From NCBI GenBank assembly GCA_028534125.1, contig CM052842.1, forward strand, positions 1,612,001-1,676,000: a DNA stretch of 64,000 nt, written 5' to 3'. A program made the position numbers and the translations under genes. The notes beneath the pieces are model-generated. The model was not told the origin of the DNA and made no database searches. It saw only the letters and a program-made list of their open reading frames with translations. This stretch comes from Lama glama (taxonomy: Eukaryota). This document shows, piece after piece, positions 39,665-53,240 of this stretch. How positions within the stretch are numbered: the stretch's first letter is position 1; each line of letters starts with the position of its first letter.

Positions 39665-39739
39665 CAGGAGCGCCTGCAGCTGGACTGCCTGAAAACTCAG
39701 CTCTTAGATGCCGTCCAGCGCTATGGAGTGGTGCAGAAG
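39665..39739 (+). CDS. TSNARE1: TSNARE1 coding exon 7 (QERLQLDCLKTQLLDAVQRYGVVQK)
   Basis: Acceptor ctctctgcag|CAG (NAGNAG, alternative start 39668) and donor AAG|gtgagg. 75 nt, phase 0-0. Hc helix. Confidence 0.92.
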
Positions 39740-40233
39740 GTGAGGCACCTGCAGGTGAGGTTGCCGGGCAGGTGGGGTGGGCTTGGTCCCCTGAGCACTC
39801 GCTTGGTCAGCCTGGCATGGTCCCATCCCCTGAAGCAGAGGACGGGCAGCCCTGCAGACGCATAGCAGCCGCCGGGGTCCCGCTGGTGCTGCCGCGGCGC
39901 ATGCAGCGAGGGCTCTTTGACTTCTGGAGCACGGCCCAGGACAGTCCTTGCGACGGCCTCTTGGGAGGGGGGACAGCAGGTATCCCTCGTCCTGACAGGT
40001 GAGGAAACAGCCCCAGAGAGCCCGGGTGTGTGGAGGAGGCCGTCTAGCAGAGCGCCTGCCGAGCCCGGCCCGGCTCCCAGCTTTCCTGACACGTGGGGCG
40101 GCTCTCTTCTTGGGGCTGGAGCTGTGCTCTCCGTCGGCCGTGGTCCAGTACGTCATGTTTATCTGACGCTGCTGCTCTCTTCCTCACCTTTTCTGTTCTT
40201 CCTCTCTCCCTCTTCTTGTACTTTGTCCAACAG

Positions 40234-40293
40234 AAAATTGCAGAGAAGTCCAGAGCCCTGCTTCCCACGGCACAGAGGGGTGGCAGACGGCAG
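40234..40293 (+). CDS. TSNARE1: TSNARE1 coding exon 8 (KIAEKSRALLPTAQRGGRRQ)
   Basis: Long pyrimidine tract, acceptor ccaacag|AAA and donor CAG|gtgggt. 60 nt, phase 0-0. Confidence 0.92.
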
Positions 40294-40499
40294 GTGGGTA
40301 CTGAGGTTGACCATGGTCAGTGGCTGTTCGGGGACAGCATAGAGTCCGGTGCCACTGGGCTGCAGGGAAGAGCAGGGGGTACCAAGGACAGGGGCCTCTG
40401 TCTGAGGACGTCACCTTGACAAATGACCTTTGAGGAAATTGGCGTTTTTCCCTCAAGGCTCTAGCGCGGGCTTGATGAGGAAGGTCGATGGTGTTGACG

Positions 40500-42550
40500 T
40501 GTTGAAATGTCCCTAGATCATCAGAGAAGTGACAGAAAGAACTAACTTAAGATAAACTGCAGTAAAGCAAGGCTGCGTGTTACGCTGTGGGCGACGCTGA
40601 GGGCACAAGAGCGTCCCTGTAAAATGAGTTAACAGAGGGGAACATGCGGAATAGAACAAACCTGGATTAATTTAAAAGCAACAAAAGAGAAATAAGCAAA
40701 AAACAGGAAAAATAGGCAACAAGTTGTGAGATGGTGGACTTAACACTACTTACGTTGAGTTAAAACGAGCGAATCCCTCCAGCTACAGGGAGCAGACTGT
40801 CAGCCTCGGTTAGAAGGAAAATACTATGTAGTGCTTACAAGAGGTGAACCTGAAATGTGAATCTAGAAAAGTGCTGAAAGTAAAAGGATGGAAGAAAGAT
40901 ACATTACGCAACCATAAGGCAAAAGAAAACGGGCATGGCCGTATCAGCATCTGAATAGGTAGGCGGGACGTGGAGGGGGTGGTGGCGACATGGAGGTGCG
41001 TTGTGCAGGGACAAAAGGCGTCTAAATTTACGTGTAACTGTGTATGTGCGTAATAATTGAGCATCAAATAATATAAATACAAAGCAAAACTGACAGTAGT
41101 AAAAGGGAAAACTCGTAAATCTACAGTCACAGTTGGGAATTGGGACACACTTCCCTAAGTGAGTAATAAAATAGACCAGAAAGATTCAGCGAGGTTATGA
41201 GAGATTCAAATAATAACCTGACCTAATTGGTATTTATGACACTGTTCCACCGCGAGAGACCGTGTGTTCCTTTCAAGCGCACGTATGTGTACACCGGACA
41301 TTAAAGCCAGTCTCAGCAGATTCTAAAGGGTTGAGTGTGTTCTCTAACCAGAGTGCAATTAAAGGAGAATCTGCTAACAAAGAAGTCACTGGGGGGCTGA
41401 GAATTTAAAGAACACAATTTGAAATAACCCACGGATCAAAGAAGAAACCGCAGTGGAAATTAGAAATCATCTTGAACTGAACAAAGACGAAAGTGTAGCA
41501 GTTGGAGACTCAGTGAGGACCTGGCCCAGGCCCGGTGCCGGCCGCGTGGCTGGGGGCGCTGAGGGCTGGGGCACAACACTGCCGCTCCCAGCAGACTCTT
41601 TACCTCAGCTAGCCCACCCACAGGTCACTTCACTGGATCCTTGACCCATATTGTGATCGGAAAGGCAACGAAGCTTCTAGAAGCCACCATGGGAGGCTGT
41701 CTTCACATCTACATGGTGAGCAGACATTCCTTACACAGATGAAAATGTACTGACTAGAAAGAGATGGTAGACTTGACTTTGTAAAATCTGTACACCCATA
41801 AGAGAATGAAGAGACACCCCACAGTGAGAGAAGGCGTTTGCACAACACATCTCTGAAAACAGTTATGTCCGTGATATATAAAGATCTCCTACAAATCAAT
41901 AGGAACAGGCAGACAACTCAATTCAAAAACACACAAGGGTGAACATCACAAGGCAGGGTGAACCACCACGCCTCATCACTGCACACCTTACAGCTGCCAA
42001 AACAGCTAAAAATGCAGATAGAAGTGCGGGGGAATGCCACGTGTCAGCGAGGCCACAGGGCACCCAGAGATCTCGCTCACTTGATGGGAACCCTGGTGAT
42101 ATTGGCCAGAGGGTGTCATCTTCCTATCTGTGACCTTGCAGCTCCACCCGAGGTGTGTACCCTGTAGGAACGCACACACGTGTCATGGAAGCACTCGGCA
42201 CCGTGGGACATGCAGCAGGATGGACAGGCACTTGTGCCAAGTCCGTAAGTGGAAGACACTCCTTGCTCTGTGGCCAGCAAGGCCCCGGTGGCAGCTTGGA
42301 CACGTGCTGAGCCCAAGGAGCGAGACTGAAGAGGACGGAGGTCGAAACTGGGCCAAACTAACAGGCAGAGTTAGAAGCCAGATGGTTTTCCTTGGATGGG
42401 GACAGTGTAATGAGTGGGGGTCTGGAGGGCCACTTCTGGGGTCCTGGAGTGTCCATACCTGACCCGAGAGTCTTTCCCTTGCTCTGGCTGACGTGCCTGT
42501 GCATTTGTGATGTGTACATTGGACTGTTGGTGCTCTGTTTCGGTTGGATG
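40500..42550 (+). mobile_element. Sense-oriented degenerate L1 (ORF2 endonuclease region and 3' part)
   Basis: A-rich + strand. AAAGTAAAAGGATGGAAGAAAGATA (KVKGWKKI-like), GTTGGGAATTGGGACACACTT (VGDFNTPL-like) and EIRNHLELNKDES. Many stops and indels. Confidence 0.78.
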
Positions 42551-44148
42551 TTTCTTAGAGGAGGAGGGTGGCCACCGGTGCCCCTGAGAGACTGAGAAAG
42601 ATTAGGTCATTTCCGGGAACGTTGTGGGCTGACGTCCACGAGCTGACACACTGCAGGGTTCAACCCCGGGGTGTGGCTGTGTCGATGCCCCAGACTTTGG
42701 GGCCACCGTCTGCAGGCGGAGGGTCCTGGCAGGAGTGGGGGTGCCCGCTGCCCACCGGCTCTCCTCCGAGCTGAGCTCTGGATGTGGCTGCCAGCAGGTC
42801 GGCCACAGTCCCGGCCAGGAGCCGGGTCTGTCTCCCGCCCGGTCAGGCCCAGCCGCGGGCAGTGCTGCTGCGCCGGGCTCCCGCCCCGGGGCCGGGCCGC
42901 GCTGTGCAGCGCGGGGAGTGGGCGGCAGTCTGCGCCGCCTCAGGCAGCCTCACGCCTGCCGGGCAGTTCCCAGGCACCGCGGTCGGCCCTGCCCCGTCGC
43001 GGCTTCTTTATTTAATGTGTGGCCGGGCAGGACTGAACGTCGCGCCACACCTGTGTTCCGGGGTTTGCCGAGCCTCCAGAAGCTTCCATTCGTGGACAAG
43101 CAGGGCCTTCACCGTTTGGAGAAATCAGTGAGCAGCCGCAGGCTCCTAGATAAGCTGTGTTTCCCAGGCCTGTGACTGGCCCTCGCCCTGACCCCTGCCC
43201 TGCCGCTGGGTCACGGATGTTCCCACGTGGAGCCCCGGGTCGGAGTCCACGAGGAGGTGACCTGTTCCCAGAGGCCCCGAGAGCCCTGGGTCCCACTTCC
43301 CTACTTGTTGGCCCCGGGTGGGGGCCATGCTGAGCACCCCCAGCGTGACCCCCGGCCTCCCTGAGCCTCCACTGGGCTCCATCTCTTCTCACGGGAAACC
43401 GCTCGGCCCTGCCCTCCCGCAGTCACGTTGGATTCGGAGCCTCTAACCTACGTGTCAGGATGGGACCCAAGCCCTTGGCCTCAGAGGGAAGAGAAAGCTG
43501 CCTTTGTTGGCGGCCCCGCAAGCTGGAAGACCATCACACGGCTGTCCCCTCTCTCTGGCCACAGGGCCTTGCCAGCAAATCCTAATCCTGGCTTTGGAGC
43601 TCGAGACCCAAGCTGAGCCTTTGTGAGGAGGATAAAGGGCGCTTTCTGATACTTTCAGGAGGAGGGCTGTTTTGGGACTAGGCATCTCAGCCGTTTCTCC
43701 CTCCCTGGTCCCTTGTCCGGAGCTGCTCAAGGAGGGTGCCCAGTACCTGGGGAGGCCAGGCCGCACGCCCGTGTCTGCAGGGAGGCCTGCACCCTTTGCT
43801 TCAGCTTTCTGGGGCTCCCACTGAAAGCCAGGCTCCCAGAGGCTGAACGTGACACCCCATGCACTTCCTCACCGGCTTATTGACTCCCTGGGTCAGCTGG
43901 TCCATGGTGCTCACCACGGGCTGTGCCCTGGTGCCCCATCCATGTCCTGCTGGCCACGTTGTGCTGCCACAGCACTGCTGTGGGGGGGGCGTTCCTGCAT
44001 CTAGGCCCTGAGGTGCACGGCCAGGGCTCTTCCCACTCAGGTTACTGGATTGACCAGGGAAACTTGCAGAAGCCCCTGCTCAGGCGGTGCCCTCAGGCCA
44101 ATGGAGTTGGGCAGGTGGGGGGCCGGGTGCCCTGTTCTGGAGCAGCCA

Positions 44149-44309
44149 CTGCTGGGAGGGGTGCGCCGCTGGCACCCCGTGACTCCGCCTGCACGGGCGG
44201 CTGGGGCATCCGGGGTTGCACCTGCTGGGAGGGGTGTGCCACTGGCGACCATGCAGGCGTGCGCACCTGGCGCCCCGTGACTCCGCCTGCATGGGCGGCT
44301 GGGGCACCC
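44149..44309. repeat. Imperfect two-copy tandem duplication
   Basis: CTGCTGGGAGGGGTGYGCCRCTGGC and CCCCGTGACTCCGCCTGCAYGGGCGGCTGGGGCAYCC each occur twice (units start about 44149 and 44222). The second unit has about 25 extra nt. Confidence 0.8.
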
Positions 44310-47211
44310 AGCGTCACACCTGGGCTTTCGGGCCGCGTCTGGTTCTCACGTGTGCTTCCTGGTTGGGACTTTACCTTCGTCTCATTCACCCCTTTCCGTG
44401 ACTCTGGGACATGGTGGTGTCAGCCCCGCCTTATGGAGGTGAAGGTGGAGGCTTGGAGCAGTTAAGAGACTTGCCAGGACCACACAGCTAGGAAGCCATG
44501 GAGCCAAGCTTTTCCTGTTTGCTCGCTGCCCTTGCCGAGGGTGTGCGGTCAGTGAGGGGGACCAGACGCCGTCACTGCTGCTGGGAGTGAGGGTTGTGCC
44601 CGGCACCGCGTGGACAGGAGATGGGTCGGGATGGGGCAGGCAGCGCAGCTGGTGTGTGCTGAGCAGGGGCCTTGGGTGGGGGTCACTGTTCCCGTTCCCT
44701 GGGGAGCACTGAGCCCTGAGCGGGTGTCTGCCGGCCCGGGCCTCCCAGTGGTGCCAGTGCTGGGCCAGAGGCTGATTCAGCTCCGGCTGCAGCGTGGGGC
44801 GGGGGAGCTGAGAGCCGCAGAAGGGGAGGCGGGGGGCGCGGGGCCTGGCGTGGGGCCAGCCCCCACCCGCTCCTGCCCGCCTGGCACTGCTCACTTCCTC
44901 CCGCCCACACGGAAAGGGGAGGTGGTAATTGCCGCCTTGGACGAGCAGCGCTTGTCAACAGGTTTTTCAGATCTTTTATTTTATATTCATCTATCCACAT
45001 ATTTACTTATTTAAAGGCCTCTGCTGACTCCCGGGGAAGAGGTCTGTGGGGAGGATGTGGCTTTGGGAGGAGGATGGGGTGAGTGCGGATGTGTCACCCT
45101 GTGACGGGGCAGCGTGCCCATCCTGTGGGGCTGTGAGCGGAGCTGGAGGAAAAGGAGGCACCAGGCATCCCACTGTGTCCCTCTGCAGCCCCAGTGGTGG
45201 TGGTGGTCCTGTTAACCACCAGGGCCTCCCATGGGCAGGGCCACTCAGGGTGCCCGCTGTCCCCCACCCTGGATGCAGTCAGCACATGCTTTCACGGTGT
45301 CACGTGCCGTCCTGTGCTGGCGTCTGTCAAGCTGGTGCTGTTCGTTGCTTTCGACGCGCAGGTGAGTGTGTCTGTGCCCGGGGCTCTCCCGCTCTGTCTG
45401 CTCCATCCCCAGACCTGGCCCGGGAGGGCCGTTGTGGGCCTGACATGCAGGACAGAACGTGGATGTGTGCCCTCCTCCTGCTGACCCAAGGGGCACCTCC
45501 TGGGGGCACGGCGGGGCCAGAGCTGGGTTGTGGCGGGCCCACAGGAGGCAGGGTCTGCTGGAAGAACAAGCGTGGTCCTGGAGCTGCCACCCATGAGACA
45601 GCCCCAGCCGGGGGGACCTGGAGGCCCCCCTTCCACCCCGAGTCCCACGTGTCACTTCTGCTGGCATCAGTGTGGCCCTGTGGCCTGAGCTGCACAGGAA
45701 GGTTGGAAGCTAGTCTTCCTCGCAGGCAAACATCAGGGGCCGGGGACAAAGAGGAAAGCAGAAGAGAGGCAGGTCATGGCCTCTGCAGCCGCCTCCAGGG
45801 GGACTGATGCCGAGTCCCGGGATGTGGAGCCAGCAGAGGGTGGTCCTGTGGATGATGCCAGCCCTGTGTTCAGCCCCGTCCCGTTGCCCGACACTGTAGG
45901 AGGGGCTGAAGGGAGTTCTAGACTTGCGGGTGCCCGCCAGCTGTGTGCCCAGCACTGACCTCTGCCTCTAGGACAGCACTGCCCCTGGGCTGGGAGGGGG
46001 GCACTATGGTCAGCGCTGCCCAGGCACTGTCCTCTCTCCTGGCTTGGGGCTCCCGCCCTGGAGCTCCTCTGGGCTGCGTGGGAGCCCGGAGTCCCGGCTT
46101 CATGTCTGTGATATGGGCTCCTGGCTGCTCCCTACGAGGTTTTCGGGAGCGTCAGGGACACGCAGGAGGTGGGAAGCACTAGCTGCCGGGCTGCCCTCCC
46201 GTTGCCCCTGTCATCTCATGCATGTACACGTGGTAACACACACGGTCACGCACCTGTGATCGTGCACACAGACTCAGCATGAGGAAACGCCCCGACTGGG
46301 AGGGGGCAGTGTGGGGGCCGTCACCTGCTGCCTGGCGGGAGGAGGGGGAGGGCGTGCAGATCAGTGGCTTTGTTGTTGCACATTTGCGGTTAACTTGAAT
46401 GTGTTGTGCGTGTGAAGTCACGGCTCTGGGGGGGCCTGTCCCCATGTCCTGCTCACCTCTGGAGGGGGCCGGGGTCAATGCAGCCCCCCACAGGCACCCC
46501 GCACCCAACTCGGACCTGGCCCCTCAGAAGGGTGTCAGCTCGCTTGTACCCAGACTGTCCCATGAGGGAGCGAATAGGGCTTATTCAGGGGAGAGGCCAC
46601 TACTGAACTTTAAATTTTGGTAAGTTGAAAAAATGAGTAAAGAATGAAACAACTTGAAAACCCCCCTCAGGCTTCCCTTCCCCGTGGTCCCGCCCCAGCT
46701 GGGGGCGGGGTGGTGGTGGAGGATTGTGTCCTGCCTTGTGACATCCATGCCTCGGTTTCCACAGCCCTTGCCTGGCAGCTGCTCCCCAGTCTGTAACCCG
46801 CTCTAGGATGGGCTTTTGGGGAGTTCACAGCCCCCAGATGAGAAGCTGGGGTTTGTGTTTGTGCATGTAGGGGCATTTTCTGGGGGTTCTCAAAGAGGCT
46901 GGTGACCCCCAAGAGCTGGGAACATGGCAGCTGTGCTCTGCAGGGCCTTCCATGTGGCCCTAGCTTGGGAAGTGGATGTGGGGTCCCCGCAGCCAGGCCT
47001 GGGATGGCTAGAGGTGGGCACGTGAGCTGAAGGGCAGGGGCCTGGCATCTGCCCATCCCTGGTCCCTGTGCACCATTCATAGCAGCCCCAGCTCCCCATG
47101 GCCCCGTGGGGATGTCCCCCAGTGACAGGGTGGAGGTCCCAGGCCCCCACCCTTTCAGGGCTGTAGAGTCCGGGCCGGGATGGGGCTCCTGGGTGCCTGA
47201 GCCACGGCTGA

Positions 47212-47553
<342 letters not shown>

Positions 47554-50500
47554 TGAGTGGTGGCTCGGTCAGCCCTGCAGGCTGACCAGTAGGCCGTGAC
47601 CCGTCCCCCGTCTGAGGCTGGGGGGGCTGGAGCTGGGCTCCTAGGGCCTTGCCTGAGCTGTCGGCCTCCCCTTGGCCATCTGGCCACCAGGGGGGGAGAG
47701 CAGAGTCCAGGGACCCCGACGGTCGCACTCTGTGTCTCATGCCCACCACCTGGCATTTTCCTAACAGGGCTCAGCCCTCTGGCCTGGAATCCCCCGGCCA
47801 CTTCCTTCTCTGCACACCTGGATTTCCGGGAGGCTGTTTCGCTGATGAGGCCGTTCAGCACCTTGGGCAGTTCCCATTAGATGTGTTTTGAGTGGTGGAA
47901 TGAACTGCCAGGAGACTGAACCTGTAATTAAGCGGTCTGCCAGCAGGTGGCGATGTTGTTGGAGGCGCGGGGGTGGGGAGGGGGCCTGGGTGAGGGCTGC
48001 TTGCTCTTTGTTCTTCTCAAGCTTGCCCGTGTGCAACACGTCCCGCCAAATGCTTCTCTGGCCGCGGACAGTCTGTGACTCCGGCCAGCGGCCTGCAGTC
48101 CCTTGAGCTGGGTGCATGAATGTGTGTGTGAACACGTGGGTGGCCGTGTAGGTGTGGGAGCAGGGGTGCGGGTGAGTGTGCGAGCCGGTGAGTGAGTGTG
48201 CGAGTGGCCTCTCGCTCCTGACGCTGGAAGTGCCCGCAGGTTGTAGCAGGTGGGCCGCCCGGTGGAGACGTGCTAGCTCTGTGGGTGTTGGGGTCCCGCC
48301 CCCGGGTGTGGCTGTGGGCAGTGGGCCTGAGCCTCCGGGGAGGCAGGTGTCCCTCCTCTCTCTGTGCCTCTGTCTCATTGCCCGAAGCTCCCAGGGGCTG
48401 GGTTTCTGGAACAAAGTCCCCTAAAAGCAGCTGCTCTTAGAGGATCAGGGAACTGGCGAGATGGTGAACCGAGTCCCTGGCTCAGGACCTCTCGCCGTGG
48501 CTCTGACCAGCAGGTCCTGGACTCTTGAAGCCCTGTGAGGAGGTGGCATCCCACCGCTTTACCCCTGGGGCCTGGGGGTGGGGAGGGCTTGTTTCCCCAG
48601 CCCCTGTCAGAGGACTGTGCCTCAGCAGAGCCCCCGCTCTCCTCACACCCAACCTCGCTCCCCAGAGAGGAAGGCGGCCGTCTGGCCGGCCCTGGCAGGA
48701 GGCCCCTCCTGTTGCTGAGATGGTCCAGAGCAGGACCAGACACACAGAGAGGGCACGGGAGACCTGCTTTCCCTGGAAAGTCGAGAACAGATCAGGAGAT
48801 GTTGCCCCAGCGACCCAGGGGCTGGGAGGCCCTGGAGGCAGAGGGACCCGCATCTGCCTTCAGCTCGAGAACCGAAACCCTCTCAGGAAGGGCCCCCGAG
48901 AACCGCGCGGGCTCGCCCGGGCCTGGCCGAGTGCGTGGTGGGTGAGCGGCTGCTCGTGACTGCCTGGGTGCGAGGCGCGGGGGGCCAGGGGAGCCCCCAG
49001 GAGAGGCCGGGGGCTCAGCTCTGAGGGTGTGCTGGGGGTCTGGCGGGGGCCTGGGACGGCCTGCTGCAGCTGACAGGCTGAGGGAGGTGCCAGACGCACA
49101 GCTCTGCGGGTACAGAGGCCTTCAGGATGGGGTTCGGAGGAACTGAGACCCAGGCACTGCCAGCTCGTCCTGGTCCTCGTGTGAGCGGTGAATGCAGGTG
49201 GGGCGGCGGGGGAGGGCGGCTCTGCCGGGGTTAGCTCAGCTGAGGTGGAGGGGCCTGGGCTGGCAAGAGAGGGGCAGGGCTCTGCGCCGACCTAGGACCT
49301 CGGTTAACACGGGGCCAGCCTGAATTCAGTCTTGTCTGTGGCCCTCAGCGGGCTGGGGGTTTGTGGGGGGCCGTGGGCAGGACCCGAGGCCAGCCTCACT
49401 GTTCACCTGTTTCATCTGCAGTGTGGGGTGATGTGGGCGGGCAGGTGCCGGCCAGAGGGCGGTGGCGTGGGAGCCGGAGTCAGCATCATGGTCTTGGGAG
49501 GCAGCCTGCGGTGAGCACTGCGCCTCCCTCCCTCCCTCTTACAATCTTTGGAAATGGGAAAAACAAATGCAAACTGTCATTAGCCTTTAAAAAGCCCTCC
49601 CCCAGGTTTGCAGCTGTCCTGGTAACCAGGCATCTCAAACAGGACTGGTGTGGGAGGGGCCCCGGCGCCCAGCCAGGAGCTCGTGCAAGTGACAGCAGCA
49701 GAAACCCAGTCCGAGGGCTGGTGGGCATCCCCAGGTTCCTCCGGGGACAGCCTGAGCCTGGCTGCTCAGGTTTCGGGGGTTGTGGGTCCAGAGCTGCAGG
49801 GCCTGCGGGGGCCGGGCTGCGGTGAGTGGGCAGGTGTTCTGGGGAGGGGGCTGGGAACAGCCCCAGGGAGACACATGTTTCTCACCTGGGCCAGTGGCAG
49901 TGTTTCCATGTGGAAACACGTCACTGTTCCCCACCGCACCCCCCGTCTCATTCTCCCCACTGTCCCCCACATGCCCAGAGGCCTTTTGGACTTGTGTGGA
50001 TATATGCATTCAGAGTGTCACCGGGTGAGACATGGGGTCCCGGGGAGCCCCTTTGAGGCCCTGGTCTGCCCTCAAGGACTTGCCTACTGTGGGGTGGGGG
50101 GAGTGGACAGAGGGGGAGACCGAGGCCCCAAAAGTGGCATTAAAGTCACAGCGACAGGTGAGTCGTGTCTGATTCCCTCGTACTTCTCTCTCCTTCCTGC
50201 TTCCTGGCCGGTGATGGGCGTTTGTGGGGTGCGTGCTGGGCCCCGCACGGCCCCGTGCTGAGGGTGCAGGGCTGATGGGTCCACTCGGTGTCCCCGTCCC
50301 TTCCCCCTGCCCCCTCCTGACTCATCTTACTGGACAAAACAAAGTACCAGACTAGGGTGCCTTGTTCTGGCTTCAGGCCCAGCTCTCTCCTAACTGGCTG
50401 GGTGACCTTGAACCCACCACCCACCTCAGTTGTTTCATCTGGGAAATGGGCTGGATGAGGGGTGGCCATCCTCTCGAGGCCCTGACATTTCAGATGGCCC

Positions 50501-53210
50501 ATGAGGTGCTCTCAGGGGCCAACGGGCAACTTGGTTTGCTGGCAAGGGATCAGGCGGTGAGTGGGCAGGAGACCGAGGGGTGCCCCAGCCTGTGATTCTG
50601 GGCGCTTCCCAGGCTCAGTGGGCCCACCTAACCTGCCCAGTTAGGTTCCAGATGAAGGTATGAACACCTCCACCCAGCCTCCCTGGGCAGCCTGTCCTCT
50701 CTGAGCACAGAGTGTCCTTTCAGACCCTTGCGGGGCTTCCCACTTGTAGGCATGACATCCCATGTCCCTCCCCTGGCCTGGACCCCTGAGATGGCCCCTG
50801 CCCCCATCCCCATTGCCCCACGACACCACCCCCTTGCTCTCGAGATGCCCAGAATGAGCCTCACCTGCTGCTGCCATGGCTGCTGCCTCCTGGAAGCCCT
50901 CCCGGGTCTGGATGTTGCTGGCTGCTGGCCTCCCCTGCTATCTGCCTGGAGCTGCAGGGGCGGCCCAGGTGACGGAGGGCTGTGTCCCTGGTGTTTCAGG
51001 AGCTGGCTCCCTGCCCCGAGGATGGCAGTACTTGGCCTGCAGGCTCCCAGGGTGCAGGAGACCCCTCTAGACACCCCCTCCAGCCGGAGGAGCAGGGAGA
51101 CTGCAGAGGGCAGAGTGGCCAGTCATGAGGGGGAGCACGCAGCCCCAGGACGCACTCACGTGGAGCCACGGCATGGCACCCACTTCCCGCCGGGCAGGGC
51201 ACATGGCTGGCCTCGCGGGGTCTGAACCCTGATCCTAGCACTGCAGGCAGCCCTGGCTCCACCGGGTGAGGCGTGTCAGGGGGACTGTGCCGGGCAGAGG
51301 TGAGCTCCGCGCGTGCAGGACCCGGGCCCGTGGGCAGGTCCCCCTGACGGGGTGCTCGTGGCACCGGTTGTCCCTGGGGAAGGAAGCAACGCCTCCGCCG
51401 AGCCTGGCGCTCCTTTCTGGGCTCCTTCTCCCCGATTTGAGGTGGCTGGTCTCTGGCCTCCCAGCCGAGGGCAGTTCCCTGACACAGGTCCCAGGTGGGC
51501 CAGGCCCACAGGGCCCCCGCACTCCTAGGAGCCCTTCTGGAGCAGAGAGGAGGGAAAGCCCATGTCCTTCCCGCTGCCGAGAACGGGAGCTTTAGTCGGG
51601 TTTGAGCAGCGGCGTGAGGCTGGGTGCGGGTGGGAAGGGCAGCATGGATGCAGCATCAGGAGTGGTCCGCGCCCCCAGTTAAGTCGTGTCCAGGAGGTGC
51701 TGCCCTCCCCACCATGGACCACTGGGTGACCAGGCACTGGCAGCTCTGTCCCTAGGCCTGTCTGCTGCCCTCGGCGGTCTCTCCGTCCATCCCAGCTGTG
51801 CCAGGGCCGGTTCAGGTGCCGCCAACCGGCCCCACCTCCTCCTCGGCCTTGGCCCTCCCCTGAGAGTCTGGCCCGCAGGGCAGGGTGCCCACTGCCCACA
51901 TCCACTGGCCGTGTACCCTCCACCCTATTCCTTCTGCAGCTGAGCACGTGGGGCCCCAGGAAGAAGCTGGGGTCCCTTCGGGCACACAGCAAGGCTGTGG
52001 CCGGCCTGGGCAGAGCCAGCTCCCCTGGCTTCGCCCCCTCGCACCCCTCATGGTCTCAGGGCCCCTCTGTGAGTCTGTCTCGTGGCCCCATGGGGTGGCC
52101 AAAAGGGCGGGGCCCTCAGCCAGTGGGCGGCGGGGTGCCTTGCAGGCTGGAAAGTGGAGCGCCCCTGGGTGCCACTGCGGCGACCCCCTGGGGCTGCAGG
52201 CCGACCTGGGCTGGGTGACAGGGGGTGGCCTCTCTGGAGGGGCAGGAAGGGTGCCTGCCGGTCCACACGACACTCCAGCGAGGCCCCCTTCCTGGGAGAC
52301 CCGTCCTCCCCAGGGGCGGGAGGCGAGGCCTCCGTTGCTTCCTTCCCCAGGGACAAGGCCGCCCTCAGAGCCCATGTTCTCCCCCTGGCCGCTGGCTTGC
52401 CCGGGGTCCCCCCAGCTGTGTCTGGCTTCAGATGCTCACAGCTGACCCCTCTTTCGTCGCTGCAAGGCTGCCCCTCAGCTCTGCCGGGCACCCCGTGCTC
52501 CCTGCGCTCCCGCTGCCCTGCTTTCCCTCCTGCCAGCTCTGGGTCCACGGCCCCCCGGGACCTCTGCGGCCTAAAATTTCAGTTTCCCCACTGTGCCGTC
52601 TAGCATGCTGTTTAATTAGTTATCTTGTTGCTTCTCTTCCTCCAGGAGAATGTCACCCCTCCGGAGGCAGGGGTTTTGTTTTAGTCACTGCAGTGCTCCT
52701 AGCACCCCGGAGGGCACTCAGTGGCTGTCTCTAGGACAAACAGATGGTGGGGGGACGGACGGATGGAGGGATGGTGGGGGGCACTGGGGGATGGCAGGTG
52801 AATGGACCACAAGCGGCACGTGCTGGGACTCCGCAGACTTGCGTGTTGAGAAAGGGGCTCTGCCGCCTTTGTTTGTGTGCGTCTTCTCATCCGCCCCCAC
52901 AGCAGCCCTGTGAGAGGGAGCGCCCCCATGTTCCAGTTTCATCAGAGATGCAGTGGCGTCTCAGAGGAGTCGCATCACTTGGCTGTGGCGGAGCTGGGCC
53001 TCGAGCCCAGGCTGCCTGACTCGAGAGCAGGGCTGTTCTGACGGCGGTGCTCTGACACCTGCCCCTTCCTGAGGTGAGGGTATGGCAGGTCACTGAGGTC
53101 GCCCCACGAGGCTGTCGGTGGCGGAGCCCGGGAGCCAGCCCGTGAGGCCCAGCTGCATTCAGCCACGGGCAGCCACTGAGCTCTGGGTGAGGTGGGCTCT
53201 TCCTTCCTGG

Positions 53211-53240
53211 AGGGCAGGGCAGGGCAGGGCAGGGCAGGGC
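53211..53240. repeat. (AGGGC)n pentamer repeat, about 6 units
   Basis: AGGGCAGGGCAGGGCAGGGCAGGGCAGGGC seen directly. Confidence 0.9.

Noticed and set aside
44149-44309. Direct repeat as a CRISPR-like or functional array
   Set aside because: Only two imperfect copies in mammalian intronic DNA, consistent with an ordinary local duplication.
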